Shown here: in pieces, positions 42,600 through 56,079 of the stretch | Layout: every line of letters begins with the position of its first letter | Position numbering within the stretch: position 1 is the stretch's first letter | Assembly: GCA_951406725.2 (NCBI GenBank) | Contig: OX597830.1 | Location: 8,060,001 to 8,124,000 of the forward strand | Reading direction: 5' to 3' | Length of the DNA stretch: 64,000 nt | From: Octopus vulgaris | Lineage: Eukaryota | Made by a program: the position numbers and the translations under genes | Notes under the pieces: model-generated | The model's input: the letters and a program-made list of their open reading frames with translations, nothing else | Databases searched by the model: none | What the model was told of the DNA's origin: nothing

Positions 42600-42947
42600 T
42601 AGTTTTATTTTTATAGCGTGCTTTCATTTCACTACCGAGCGCAGCTCTGTGTGCCTTGGGTATGTGCTGTGATTTGTTGTGATGCTCTGATGGTTATTGT
42701 ATGGAAAGTGTTCTGCGTAGGATGTGTGCAGTGCCTAGTAGTGCAATTTTCTGTATGTTATATGTGTTTGTAAGTCCTGGTGTTTTTGTTATGTATTTGT
42801 CTGAATATTTTTTTATCATGTCTAATGCACCTACTATGATAGGAATTGTTTCTGTTTTCAGGTTCCACATTCTAGTTATCTCTATTTCCAGGTCCTTGTA
42901 TTTTGAGAGTTTCTCCATTTCTTTTAGAGACACGTTGTCATCTGCCG

Positions 42948-42950
<3 letters not shown>
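42596..42950 (-). mobile_element. R4/Dong-type LINE 3' end (RLE C-terminus + 3' UTR) in (TAA)n
   Basis: KEMEKLSKYKDLEIEITRMWNLKTETIPIIVGALDMI..IQKIALLGTAHILRRTL; flanked by TAA arrays, the known Dong target. Confidence 0.88.
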
Positions 42951-42994
<44 letters not shown>

Positions 42995-43483
42995 GAGTGA
43001 GAGAGCAGTGCATGCTATCAAAGTGACACTGGGGTACAAATATACGAAGCCCAGTATACCCATCATGACTACCCGATTGATAAGGGTACACTAGGCACAT
43101 GCATCATAACCATATGTGCACGACATGGGGATCTCATATCAAGATAAACAGTTCATGACCTTGCAGGTGGGGCCCAGTTAGAATTTTCTTCTGGTTGAGT
43201 AGCCCATCCCGCTCAAACGGTCCCTGAATAAGGGTTGTTTAAGGATGTTGAACGAAACACCCATGTTTTCCAGGGGTGAATTATTCAAACATATCGTCAG
43301 CCACTAAGGGACATGGTCAACTGGTTAAGGTCAAACAACTGACAAGCAAATCTGTGGTATTGAGCAGAATATTTGTTGTAGCCCATCTTTTTATACCAAG
43401 ACAAAACAATGTACATGATAACACTTCTAATCAGTTAAGATCAGAAGCCATGAGAGCAACTGCCTGGAACTGCATCAGGGCAT
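42995..43483. mobile_element. Second, inverted copy of the (AAT)n-embedded non-coding repeat
   Basis: Reverse complement of 28638-29180 with an internal deletion. Confidence 0.85.
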
Positions 43484-43496
43484 TTATTATTATTAT

Positions 43497-43555
<59 letters not shown>

Positions 43556-43806
43556 TTGTTGTTGTTGTTATTATTAAAGATAATAATAATAATAATAATA
43601 ATAGTCGAAGAGCGCGATTCGATTGTAATAGATATTTTATTGGTTGAGCGATATTTCAACAGTAAGTCTGTCTTTGTCGAGTTCAAAATAAGAAGTGATA
43701 AAAATTTAAAATTATAGAAATTGTACAATCTATCTCGTGTCGCAAGTTCGTATCGAACTACTTTGAAATTGTAGCCTTTAGACGGAATAAGAAGATAAGA
43801 GTATTA

Positions 43807-44310
43807 TTGACTTTTATTTCTGACTCCAAGAAAATGAACATTGGAGTATCTGCATGTTGTACCTTGAAAAACAGCCGCAAGAGAAGTAAGCCCTGTTCAT
43901 TGTGCAACAACATGAGTCAAGTGAATTCCATCAAGAATCATAACAGAAATGTTATGATTTATAAAGAAGGTGGGACATATAGCGTTTCCCATATGGTGTA
44001 CGCGGCAGAATGCACGAAACACGACTTGATTTGTGTTGGTTGCACAACAGAACAATTAAACAAAAGGTTTAATCGGCGCAGATTCGACGTCAGGCACAAT
44101 AAAAGTAGTTCGACAGAACTTGCCGAACATTTCGTTTCAAACGGCTGCAATTTTGAAAAAGACTTTTGAAAAGTGCATATTCTCAGAAGATATTCTGAAT
44201 CTGCTTCACTTTCACTTCTCAGAATGCATGAGGAGAAATATGTTTGCGGGTTATTAACATCACGCCCTGGAGGAATAAATAAAATGACAGAAGAATATCA
44301 TCAAAACTGT
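43807..44310 (+). pseudogene. Penelope-like element GIY-YIG endonuclease fragment
   Basis: PCSLC..MVYAAECTKHDLICVGCTTEQLNKRFNRRR..ELAEHF..HEEKYVCGLLTSRPGGIN follows the PLE pattern VY..C..YVG.T...L..R...AEHF...E...L.T..P.GLN; frame broken near 44169. Confidence 0.82.
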
Positions 44311-44562
44311 TTGATTAAATATTCTCCTTTTTCTCTCTTTTCTTTCCTCTTTCTTTCAGTCTTTTTTCTCTATCTTCTGTTTTCTGTATTTTTCTTTTCG
44401 CCTGTTATAAAATTGAAACTTAATGACTGATGATGTCATTCCACCAACGTGTGGACGCTGCTTGCTCTCGTTCATACTTTACATTAAATTTCTATAATTC
44501 TATTCTGGTTAAGCTTGCTGGCCTCTTTATTATTATTTTTAATAATTGTAATATCTTATTAA

Positions 44563-44621
<59 letters not shown>

Positions 44622-44679
44622 TTGACCTTAAATTCTTGTGTTCATGTGCACTATTTTAACGTTCTAGCTCACTTTCTCT

Positions 44680-44960
44680 GTTTACAGCAGTGCTTGGAAG
44701 GAAGGTATGTAGTGTGTGATCGCCGCATTGACCATGACAGAGAAAGCTGAGCAGAGAATCTGCATCAAATTTTGCCAAAAGCTTGGCGATACCTGTTCAG
44801 AGGCCTACGCAGAGCTTTCAAATAGTTTTCATCATTCTCAACCCAATCAAGGAGATCTTGTGCAGCCCAAACCCAAGTGTCTTCTTGGTCAGCGAAAGCA
44901 GTTTTGACACAAACTTGGCAGACACGCATCGCATACCCAAATCTTCAGTGATTATGGACT
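44680..44960 (+). mobile_element. Mariner-derived fragment (N-terminal HTH)
   Basis: MTEKAEQRICIKFCQKLGDTCSEAY is the typical mariner N-terminus. Confidence 0.7.
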
Positions 44961-45188
44961 GAACCGTGACTAATCTGCACATCCTTCATGTGCTGAGTTC
45001 AAATGCTGATGGGTTCGACTTTCCTTTTCATCATTTTGGGATCGATAAAATAACTCCCAGTTGAGCCCTGAGAGGGTCGATGTAATCGACTTAACTCTTT
45101 CCACGAAATTGCTGGCCTCGTGCAAAAGTTTCGAATCATTATTAATAAATTGGCTCCTCGCGTATTTCGCATTGTGTCCTTACATGTA

Positions 45189-45232
<44 letters not shown>

Positions 45233-45317
45233 CATACATACATACATACATACATACATACATACATACATACATACATACATAAAGGCGTACGGGTATA
45301 TATACATGCACATTATA

Positions 45318-45874
45318 CAGGGTCAGGCAAAATGATCTGACACATTTGTAGGTTAAATAAAAGGCAAATGAAGTAAAGAAACAAAAAAGTGTTTTTATTT
45401 TTGAAAAGTACATATAATGCCATTTTGTTTCATTATGTTTTTAAAATTTGAAGATCATTGTGAAGAATTCTTCGCAAACTTCTTTCGGAAAGTCTAAGAG
45501 CCTGGGCGCATTTAAATGTGGAACGGCGTGGAGACTGTTGAACTGAAGCTCTTACCGCTACCACATTTTCTGGAGTTCTGGCGGTGCGAGGTCGGCCGGT
45601 TGATTTTCGTTTCAATGCAGATCCAGTTGCTCTGAAGTTGGTAACCCATAACAAGATCGTGTTTCGAGCTGGTACGGGATCATGTCTACCAAGATTGAAG
45701 TGCAAACGGAACGCTCTTTGTGTTGTAGTTACAGAATCGTTTGTTTTGATAAACGTTTCCACAATGAAAGTGCAATGCTCACCAGTCCAATTCATGGCAG
45801 CAACTGAAAAAGAAACGAAAAACAATGCCTTTTATTTAACCTATAAATGTGTCAGATCATTTTGCCTGACCCTG
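45318..45874 (-). mobile_element. Internally deleted Tc1/mariner-superfamily transposon with 49-bp TIRs and TA target duplication
   Basis: CAGGGTCAGGCAAAATGATCTGACACATTT(G/A)TAGGTTAAATAAAAGGCA at both ends with one mismatch; TA on both sides; minus ORF MNWTGEH..TQRAFRLHF..WVTNFRATGS..GRPRTARTPEN (DNA-binding part only). Confidence 0.95.
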
Positions 45875-46182
45875 TAGAATCAATATTAAAATTTTATCTA
45901 ACATGAGATGTTAGATGTCTTTATATATACTGTTCTTGTGGACATATATGTGTGTGTATACATATATGTGTGCATACATATATATATATAAACATATAGT
46001 TTACATTCATTTAAAAGAAGAAAATGGAGATTGAGAAGTTAATAATGTGTATGTGTGTATATATATAGATAGGTAGATAGATTTAATTAGTGGTTGTGAT
46101 AACCTCATGAAGGTATAGTTTCATGCAAGGAAATACTGGTTCAATACCTAGTATTTGGGGGAATGAATTTCCTTAAAATAAT

Positions 46183-46233
<51 letters not shown>

Positions 46234-46248
46234 TATATATAGAGATAT

Positions 46249-46309
<61 letters not shown>

Positions 46310-46338
46310 TATATAGATATATATATATATAGATATAT

Positions 46339-46425
<87 letters not shown>

Positions 46426-46635
46426 AACATATAGTTTATATTCATTTAAAAGAAGAAAATGGGGATTGAGATGTTAATAATTATTTTTTATTATCAGCAA
46501 ATTGGTGGTCTTCACTTACAGCCGTTTCTATTAATACGCAATAAACATAAAACTTACATTTATGCGACATGAGCATAATATCACCAGAAGAAAGAAAGAT
46601 GTGTCTTTGGATGCGATATGTGTGTTTGTGAATTC

Positions 46636-46715
<80 letters not shown>

Positions 46716-47269
46716 ATATGTAGACGTATGTGTGTGCTTATTTTATAGATTTGTGTACTTTTATTGGGTAGCAAACAGTCAGAGTCGGTCACACTATTTT
46801 ACCTTATTTGTTGCAAATCTCTACGCTCCGAGTTCAAATTACGCCATGGTCTACTTGGCTGCTAGACTCTATCTATCACCCTTTTTAACTCCGCCTTTAG
46901 TGGAGTCGACTATGTTACAGGCATTCGAGCCGGGTCTCTCGTTTAAGGATCCCTCCTTCCGTCCCGCCCGTCTCGGAGGCCCTAGAAAGGGCCACAATAA
47001 TTGCCTTCTCTCCTGACAAATACAATATTACATACAGTGCACAAAACGTGGCGTTGAATTAAAAAACTTAATAAATTACTTTAAAGTCAAAACGTTTATT
47101 ATTAACGATGGTGACTGATTAGAAAACCTGTATTGGTGAAACTTCGAAGCAAATAGCTATAATTGTTAATTATACATATTACAAGTTCGGATTAGTGTAT
47201 GTGTATGTGTTCATACATTTTGTGTATATATATATATACGTTTTTGAATACATATGTATGTATGTGCGC

Positions 47270-47319
<50 letters not shown>

Positions 47320-48345
47320 GTATATGTACCTTTGTATGTGTATATACACACACAGATTTGTATGCTGTGCATATGTATCTTGTTTGTATGACTAAGTTCT
47401 TGTATGCATATGTCCATGTCAGTATATATGTATGTATATTTGCATTCGAAAATGTGTATTCGTGTATTGAGATCATACACGTATATACACATATAGCTGC
47501 ATGTACGCCAACGTATATATGCATACATTCATGTGTATACATCAGTGCGTATCTGCATCTGTATATATATATATATATATATACCTGCCTATATACACGT
47601 GTGCGTGTGTGTGTGTGTGTCTGTGTTCTGTGTATGCATGAGTGTTTGTGTAGCACTGTGCGTACCTGTGTGCGTGTATGTGTGTGTGTACCTTTGTATA
47701 TATGTGAGTGTGAATGTGTGTGAGTGTGTGTGTATGCTTCTGTGTCATCGTATCTTCATTATTTACAGTGTGGTGGGAACACGGTGTCAATAAATATTCC
47801 AGACCGGAAGTAGTTCGTGTTCAGCTGGCGGCCATTGAACGGCTCGAGTGTACACGGCTTCCTCTTATTTAATCTTTATTATAATTTCACATTTTTTTAA
47901 CCTTCCATTCAGGACCAACACCCGCCATTCCCTACCACATCCCCGACAATATAATCCTTTCTTTTCTTTTCTTCCTAATTTCTTTCTTCTTTTCTTTCGC
48001 TCTTAATTTATATAACTTCCTTTAATATATTTTTTTCTCTTTCTGTTTGTTTTCGGGGGTTTTGTTTGTTTTCTCATTCTCTTCCTTCTCCTCTTTCTCT
48101 CCTCTTTCTCCCCCTACTGCCGCTTCTCCACCCCCTCCTACCCCGCTCTTCTTTCTGCTAATGAATACTTCATATGTATTTATTGCTTCGTTCCGTGTAA
48201 TGATGTTTAAATGAAACAAGGGGGGAAGGCAGAGGAGAGGAGTGGTGGGAGAAGGTGAGAGAGAGAGAAAGAGAGAGGGGGTGAGTGTGGAAAAGGGAGA
48301 CAATGAAAGAAAAGGAGAATGAGTTGAAAGAAATAGCGAAGTGAT

Positions 48346-48433
<88 letters not shown>

Positions 48434-49581
48434 CAGACAGGCGGATAGATATATACATACATACATACATACATACATACATACATAAATTATAAGAGTC
48501 GGAAGAAAATTAAAGAGAGAGAAAGGAAGGAAGAAAGAAAGAAAGAAAATCTCGTTCTTAGAAATGTATTCCTTTGTAAACGAGAGTCTAAGATCAAATT
48601 ATGTTCAGTCGTATTCATGTTGTTGTTGTTGTTGTTGTTGTTGTTACTATCGTTGTTGCTGTTTAACCAAAGGTCAACGATGATTCCCCTACTTTTGATC
48701 AAATCATTCGTCCAAAGACCATCTCGTCTGTTTCGATAGATTTAAGCGTGCCTCTTCCTTGTTTAAGACGGTAGGGTGTGATTTTAGGGAGATTTCGGCT
48801 GCTATTTCTACCACGTCGAGCGACGTATTAGAGCAGTTGTTCGGAACCATTTTTTTTACCTTTTTTTAACCCTTTCGTTCCTATTCTACTCTACTGGACC
48901 TCCATAGCCATTCGATGTATAGCAATGCCTCGATATAAAAGTTAATTTGTTCCCGGAGACCGCTCGTAAAGCGAAAACTCATAAAGCAGAGCAATACTTT
49001 CCCCATAGTAGCAATGAAATTGTATGCCGTCATCTGGCTTCATTGCTGTGTAGACACGTCAGAACTAATGTTGTCACATGTTGCGACGTTGCCACACACA
49101 AAATGGCTGTTCTTATATTCATTATAAGATAAAACTCGTAAACCCAGGGTCTCGTAAAACGAGTCCTCGCAAAGTAAGGTATTACTGTATGTAGAAAAAA
49201 ATCTTTCTGTATCTTTATAATTAAATTTCAAATAAGAATTATTTTTTAAAATAATATATTTCGTGAATTGAAGAAATATAAGCAACATATTGCACATAAA
49301 TTTTAATAACAAAATCTTATATGGACTCCCAAAGGTAATACGGACCCCTAGAGGTCATGTGGATCCCCAAGGGTCAGTGTGGGCCTGTTGATAATCCCCA
49401 ATTTAGAGTCTCCTTCTCAATCAACTCTATCTCAAAAGAAACGAGTGGCCATCAGTTTCGCCATTCAAAAGTTAATTTAAATCTTTAATTGTTCCATCAC
49501 AACCATTCGAAAAGAATCGCAGAGAATTCTAGCTTCTTGCTTTATGACAACACGACAATTAATTCCATGATTTTAAGAATA

Positions 49582-49797
49582 CGAGGGGCTGCTGAAAAGT
49601 TCCTGGCTTCAAGGGTATTGCGAAAGCCTTGGCTGGGAGCTCAACTTTCAGAATTCTTTTACAGGGCTTAGAAAAACTTAAGGACCGCTGCAATAAATGT
49701 GTGAATCTGAGAGGGGAATATGTTGAATAAATCATAATTAACTGGTCCTCTTGTATTTTCTTTTACTCAAAGCCAGGAACTTTACAGCAGCCCTGCG
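49582..49797. mobile_element. Mariner-derived MITE
   Basis: Imperfect ~28-bp TIRs CGAGGGGCTGCTGAAAAGTTCCTGGCTT / AAGCCAGGAACTTTACAGCAGCCCTGCG flanked by TA. Confidence 0.85.
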
Positions 49798-49896
49798 TAT
49801 AAGAAACACTTTGGAGTCAGGTTCTGGTACGGATTCCATCAATTCACGCGGTCGGTGTTGTATCGCGTAATACTTCTTTAGAAGAAAAACTGGAAA

Positions 49897-50290
49897 TATG
49901 CGAAGGTATGGATGTGTGGTTAAGCGGCTCGTTTTACAGCTACGGGGTTTTCGGTTCAGTCCCACTGTTGGTCGAGGGTTTTCTATGACAACCCCGGGCC
50001 AAAACTTTGCGGGTAAATATTCCTGACGGAAACTCTGTTGAATCCCGTCGTATATATGTGTGTGTATGTGCATGTGTGTGTGTCTTTGTGGTTTGTGCAT
50101 GCCATCCTCACTGCTTGACAACTGGTGTTGGTTTGTTTACGTCCCATTAACATAGCAGTTTAGCAAAAGATATCGATAGAATAAGTACGATACTTTAAAA
50201 AAAAAGCGAGTTCTGGGGTCAATTCATTCGACTAAATCCTTCAAATCGGTGCCCCAGTATGGCCGCAGTCCAATCAGTAAAACAAGTTGA
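49897..50290 (+). mobile_element. tRNA-derived SINE, diverged
   Basis: Same family as 1863-2245. Confidence 0.8.
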
Positions 50291-52039
50291 GAAGGGAATT
50301 TTATTCTTAAACATATAAGTCAATGGAGGCTCAAAGTTTGTCTTTTTAACTCTTTCTTTTCGTCTCTCTCTCTCCCTCTCCCTCCCTCTCTCTCTCTTCT
50401 CTCTGTCTCACTCTCTCTCTCTTTCTCTCTCTCCAAGAAAAGCATACATCAAGAACTAACGCCAGGCAATGAAGGAATACAAAAGGTACCTTCGTTATGA
50501 GATTCTTCTAGTTTCAGATGATGTACGCAAGCAATTATCTTAAAAGGTAACTCATAGTCTCCACCAGGATTGCTGTCGGAAATGCCGACAACCAAACAAT
50601 TAGTCAGCTAAAGAGATGCCTCTTTGTGGACGCTTAGCCTGCTAGAAATAGCAGCATAAGCTCCCTTCAAGTGACACTTACCTATCATGAAAATAGAAAG
50701 GTGCAAACTAGACCCACAACTGAAAGGCCACGCTTTCAACGCCTTCCAACGTAGCTCAGCAACAACAACAAAAACAACAGTAAAATCAATAACAATGATA
50801 CAAGAATGAGTGAAGTGATCTTCAGAAAATACCTTTAACTTTTAGTTTAAAAACTCAACATAAACTGCCTGGCATTCATTGTTTGATTTGAACAAATGTT
50901 TATCATAGTTAGATGTCAAATATTATTCGTTTGGTCTTGTTGCCTCTCAACAAATCATTTCCTTGTAATATTGTGGTCATGATTAGAAGCATTTTGTGAT
51001 CGAAATATCAAACAATGTCTCTTAATGTTTCGCCAGCGGTATTGTTTTGGTTTTTACACAATAATATCTCTATTTACGCTTTATATTCAAATTACCCAAC
51101 TTTACAGATAATACCCCTTAATCGGTATCATTTTCTTATCGTCAGCCATTTAATCTCTCCGAAAATCGAGTGAAAATCGAATGTATTTCACCTTACTTCA
51201 GTTTCTATCGATTTGCTTAAAATACCTACAGCTTAAAATATGAATATTTTGTTCAGAAATATTTTAGGTCTCCTGCTGTCTGCTACAGCATGGAGATTCT
51301 GGGGGTAAAGACTAAAATGGTTCTAAATTTTGTTACGAGGCCAGCCAGCCAGTTTGGGGAAGGAGTAAATCAATTAACATCGATCCTGAAATGATAAAAA
51401 GCAAAGTCGACCTCGGCGAGATTTGAATTCAGAGCGTGAAGACGGACGAAATGCCGCTAAGCATTTTGTCCGGCCTGTTAACGATTCTCCCAGCTTACTG
51501 CCTTGGAGTAAAGACTAAATTAAAACGCTACTATAACTGAATTCTTCACCACGTACATAACATCAACCGAGGATCGTCAACATCTACACAGGAAACTACG
51601 TGAAACCTTTTAAAGCGTTAATCAAGAACTGACATACACCCACGTATAAAGGACTTTAAACACTCGACCGCAAGTGCGTATTGAACACTTTAAAGTTTAC
51701 ACAGGCTCACTATAACACATAAGAATTAAATGTATATGCATACACACGCGCATGCACACACAAAGAGGCATATAAAACTAACTACAGTTTCTTTCGTTGA
51801 CGTTACCCTACATTTAACTACGAACTTATATAAGCCATTTAGAAAGCTTATTGGCACATTCGCTTCATGCACGTAGAATCCTGCCCTCACTACCACCCAA
51901 CCTCATAGACTTTAAGAATATCGTCCGTAGGATCAGTAGAAGAATTTCTATAATTTTCTATAAGGACCCTCCAACAACAAAAACACAACAACAACAACAA
52001 CAACAATAACAACAATAATAATAATAATAATAATAATAA

Positions 52040-52431
52040 TCTCTCTATATATAAAGCTGAAGTTGTCTGTGTATGGCAGGTTTGGCAGCCTTCAACTAAC
52101 ACTATCTCCTCCGAGACCCTGCGGCGCAAGTTGACCAAAATTGAGAGTATGATAGAAGAAGGCTTGCTCTTCCTTCCGTAGAAGACAAAATTCAAATCGG
52201 ACCATGGCAACACCAAAAATTATTTACATCAAAAAGATGCTTTCTTTCAATGAAAATCCCTATATTTTACGATTTTTTGACGGCTGTGTCGTCATTTTTC
52301 GGTGTATTTCAACCAGAAAAATGTTCACTTAAAGAGAATAACAAGCTACATAATGCAAAATATTTACTTTTCAAAAATTCCAATTCTAAAGGGTCGAAAC
52401 AAACCCAAGCAACGCCGAGCGATTCTGCTAG
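52040..52431 (+). mobile_element. Non-autonomous Helitron
   Basis: Starts A|TC(TCTCTATATATAAAG), ends with degenerate hairpin CCCAAGCAACGCCGAGCG then CTAG|T; no target duplication; inserted in (AAT)n. Confidence 0.8.
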
Positions 52432-53410
52432 TAATAATAACAATAATGTTTGAATAGCTTGTAGATTCGAGGGTAGAACGACCTGCCTATTGCGTATCAA
52501 ACTTCCACCCTCCTCAAACTAAGAAAAACCGCCATAATAGTATATCGCTCACACACAGCTCCTTTCTCCTTAACGTCAAATCAAATATCGCAAACCTTGT
52601 CTCCTCTTAATGGATGAACAGGTCCCAATGATGCAGCATACAGAATGGGTTTCAATAGGCGAAGTCTTAAATTAAACTACAGTTGTACCACAAGCATGAC
52701 AATATAATGTCACACGTTCTTCATTTCATCAGAAAAAACTGAGGCTCCCGTGTTCATGGATAAGTACAAACATATACCCACTAAATATGTTTTTTAATGC
52801 AACAGGCTTAATTCATGAGGCAAAGATTACCGCTACAAGACCAAACCACGAGACGGTACGTAAGCATTACATAAGCATGACTAAAAGAAGTTTAAGTATA
52901 ATTTACAAGCATAAGTTTCATTTAGTTACATCGAAAAGATTATTGTAGCAAAATCCAGCTCGATCTAAATATGAATAAACTCTAGCTACAACCTCAGATG
53001 GAAGATTATTGAAAGAATCAAACACATGCTGGAACAAAAATATCAAATATTTATTCAATAGAGAAAAGTTAATACTAAAAAAAACCCGCTAAACGATTAT
53101 TCCTGTTTCAACATAGATCAGAGTCTTTCGGGATATGTATACACTATGAGAAGTATTTATAACGTAAATAGCTCATACCATCTTTACGTGGCTAGCTTCG
53201 CGCAATGAAAATTATATTTATGCTCACATGTGAGCTAGAATATATGTATATGCCTTATTTCTCAGTTCTATAATCTAATTGCTTTGACTATTTAAGTGAT
53301 TGCAAAGTGATTAAAGGTGAGATTTAAAATCCCAGTCTATTCAATATAATCAATAAATTTTAATCTCATCATCAGTAAATGCATTGTTGTTTTCTACAAT
53401 ACCAAATCAC

Positions 53411-53495
<85 letters not shown>

Positions 53496-53567
53496 TAAAT
53501 GTCAAACGCTGAAATGAGTGATCAACAACGCATTGGTGGATATATAATTTCTTTATTTGTGAACTAA

Positions 53568-53633
53568 GGCTACCATTGGTTTCATGTTAAGAGAAGTAGG
53601 AAAATATCCTAGTCTCTTAACAATTTTCAAGCC
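53568..53633 (-). ncRNA. Hammerhead motif with U3-A8 core and long stem II (family B, copy 3, best preserved)
   Basis: Minus strand GGC-TTGAAAA-tTGTTAAGAGAc TAGGA tattt TCCTA ctTCTCTTAACAt-GAAA-CCAATGG-TA-GCC. Confidence 0.75.
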
Positions 53634-53711
53634 GATCACATGGAGAAAGGTGTTCGCTCCCTTTTGGAAAACAGTCTCCAAAAGCCTATTTTTCCAAAAT
53701 GGAGGCGAACA

Positions 53712-54162
53712 CCATCTGGCTATACGACACACGATTTGTGTCCTTATATTTTCGAACAGAGGAGGTTAGCACCCCCACATTAGGTTGGCAAATAATCGTT
53801 ACTTCAAAGTGCTGCTACTGAATATCTCTCGTTGAAAAATTTGGGAACAACAATATTTCTATTTATTCGATCAGTGACTGTGAGTCACTTAGGAAAATAT
53901 TTATATTTTCGAATGGGTGTTTAGTAGTGCCATCTCAACCAAAGAGTTATTCTGTGCGACGAAGAGGAATAACCCTGAAACCGCACGGTCCACAGATACT
54001 GCTTTGTGCTGTGTGAGGGTGCTAGCCTTCCCTGTTCGAAAATATAAGGACACAGATCGTGTATCGTATAGCTAGCTGGAGACGCTGTCTCCTGGGGCTA
54101 AACAACAGCAGCATTCACCCCAAATGGGACTGTCGCATTAGGTTGGCAAATAATCGTTACTT
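53712..54162 (+). mobile_element. Retrozyme-like element, 358-nt unit with a 27-bp direct repeat and an inverted 5' segment
   Basis: 53778-53804 equals 54136-54162; 53712-53779 is an inverted copy of 54012-54079; 54047-54162 is the diverged reverse complement of ~32295-32410. Confidence 0.82.
53951..53996 (+). ncRNA. Type I hammerhead motif (U4 deleted)
   Basis: TCTGTG-C-GACGA-AGAGGaataaCCCT-GAAA-CCGcaCGG-TC-CACAGA; perfect 6-bp stem I, GUC triplet. Confidence 0.75.
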
Positions 54163-54179
54163 TATATATATACATATAT

Positions 54180-54398
54180 TCTTTTATTCTTTTACTTGTT
54201 TCAGTCATTTGACTGCGGCCATGGTGGAGCACTGCCTTTTGTCGACTCCACTACCTATTCTTTGTAAGCCTAGTACTTATTCTATTGGTCTCTTTTGCCG
54301 AACTGCTAAGTTACAGAAACGTAAACATACCAACATCAATTGTCAAGTGATGGTGGGGGAACAAACCCAGACACACAAACACATACATAATACATACA

Positions 54399-54472
<74 letters not shown>

Positions 54473-54497
54473 CAAATATATATATATATATATATAT

Positions 54498-54533
<36 letters not shown>

Positions 54534-54727
54534 CTGATATATAACAGATACTACACTTTTATACAACGGGCTGCTTTCACTTTCCGTCTACCAAATCCAC
54601 TCACAAGGCTTTGGTCGGCTCGAGGCTATAATAGAACACACTTGCCTAAGGTGCTACGCAGTGGAACTGAACCGGGAACCATGTGGTTGGGAGGAAAAGC
54701 TTCATACCACACAGCCACTCCTCTGCC
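54180..54727 (-). mobile_element. tRNA-derived SINE with expanded internal (TA)n
   Basis: Reverse complement of the 1863-2245 family. Confidence 0.85.
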
Positions 54728-55312
54728 ATATATACATGATATATAATATATATATATAACATATATATAAACGTATGCACTTATATGTATGTATGAATAT
54801 ATGTGTGTATGTATGTATGTATGTATGTATGTATGTATGTATGTATGTATGTATGTATGTATGTATGTTTGCACGTATACACGGAGACATGCACGTATAT
54901 ATGTTTGAATGTTTAACTACAGAATAATAGGAATATAAAAGCGAAAGGGAGCGAAAGAGAAAAAATAATATCGGGTGAGTAGCAGCACGTGTGCGCGTAT
55001 ATATAAAAAAAAATGGAGAAGCCTCGACGCTGACACACGTGCATTCGACATACATTAACGAACACATCCTTACACACGTGTATATAACATTCATTAAAAG
55101 ACACACTTCCTCACATAAGTACACTAAACTGTGACAGTTTTTACCCTGGGGTAACCTCGGGTATGTGGCACGTACACATCATTAAAGCTAACGAGTATCT
55201 AATTTAATAGATAGGTAGGTATATATATGTGTTTATGTGTGTGTATTATACATGTATGCATATATATATATACATACATACATATATATAAATATATATA
55301 TATATATATACA

Positions 55313-55352
<40 letters not shown>

Positions 55353-55796
55353 CACATATATAAAAATATACATGCATACTTATATATACATACGCCTTTG
55401 TCTCTGTGTGAGCATATACATATGTGCGTATATGTGTCTTTTGTCTGTATGCGTATATATACATCTATGTACGTATGCATTTTGTATGTGTATTTATATA
55501 TATATATAGACACATTTACAAACACAGAAGCACGCATGTACGCACACACATATATACATACATGTATATATATAACACTATATATATATTTGTGCTGCTA
55601 TATGCATAATTATATGAATATGTTTTTTAAATAGGAACACACACACACACACACACACATACACGAACACAGAAGTGTACGTGTGTAATTAATATACATA
55701 TATATTTTGCATAATTATATGATCAAACGTGGGTGAACAGATATCCACACACACACACATATGTATACATATATACATATCTTTGCATGTGCATGC

Positions 55797-55828
<32 letters not shown>

Positions 55829-56016
55829 ATATATATATATATATACACATACATATATATATACACATACATATATATATACACATACATATATATATAT
55901 ACACATACATATATATATATATATACACATACATATATATATATATATATACATACATATATATATATACATACATACATATATATATATATTTCATACA
56001 TATTTACATGCATGCA

Positions 56017-56079
<63 letters not shown>

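Noticed and set aside
45868-45885. miR-10-like ACCCTGTAGAA
   Set aside because: It is the end of a transposon TIR plus target site; the match stops after ~11 nt and there is no precursor hairpin.
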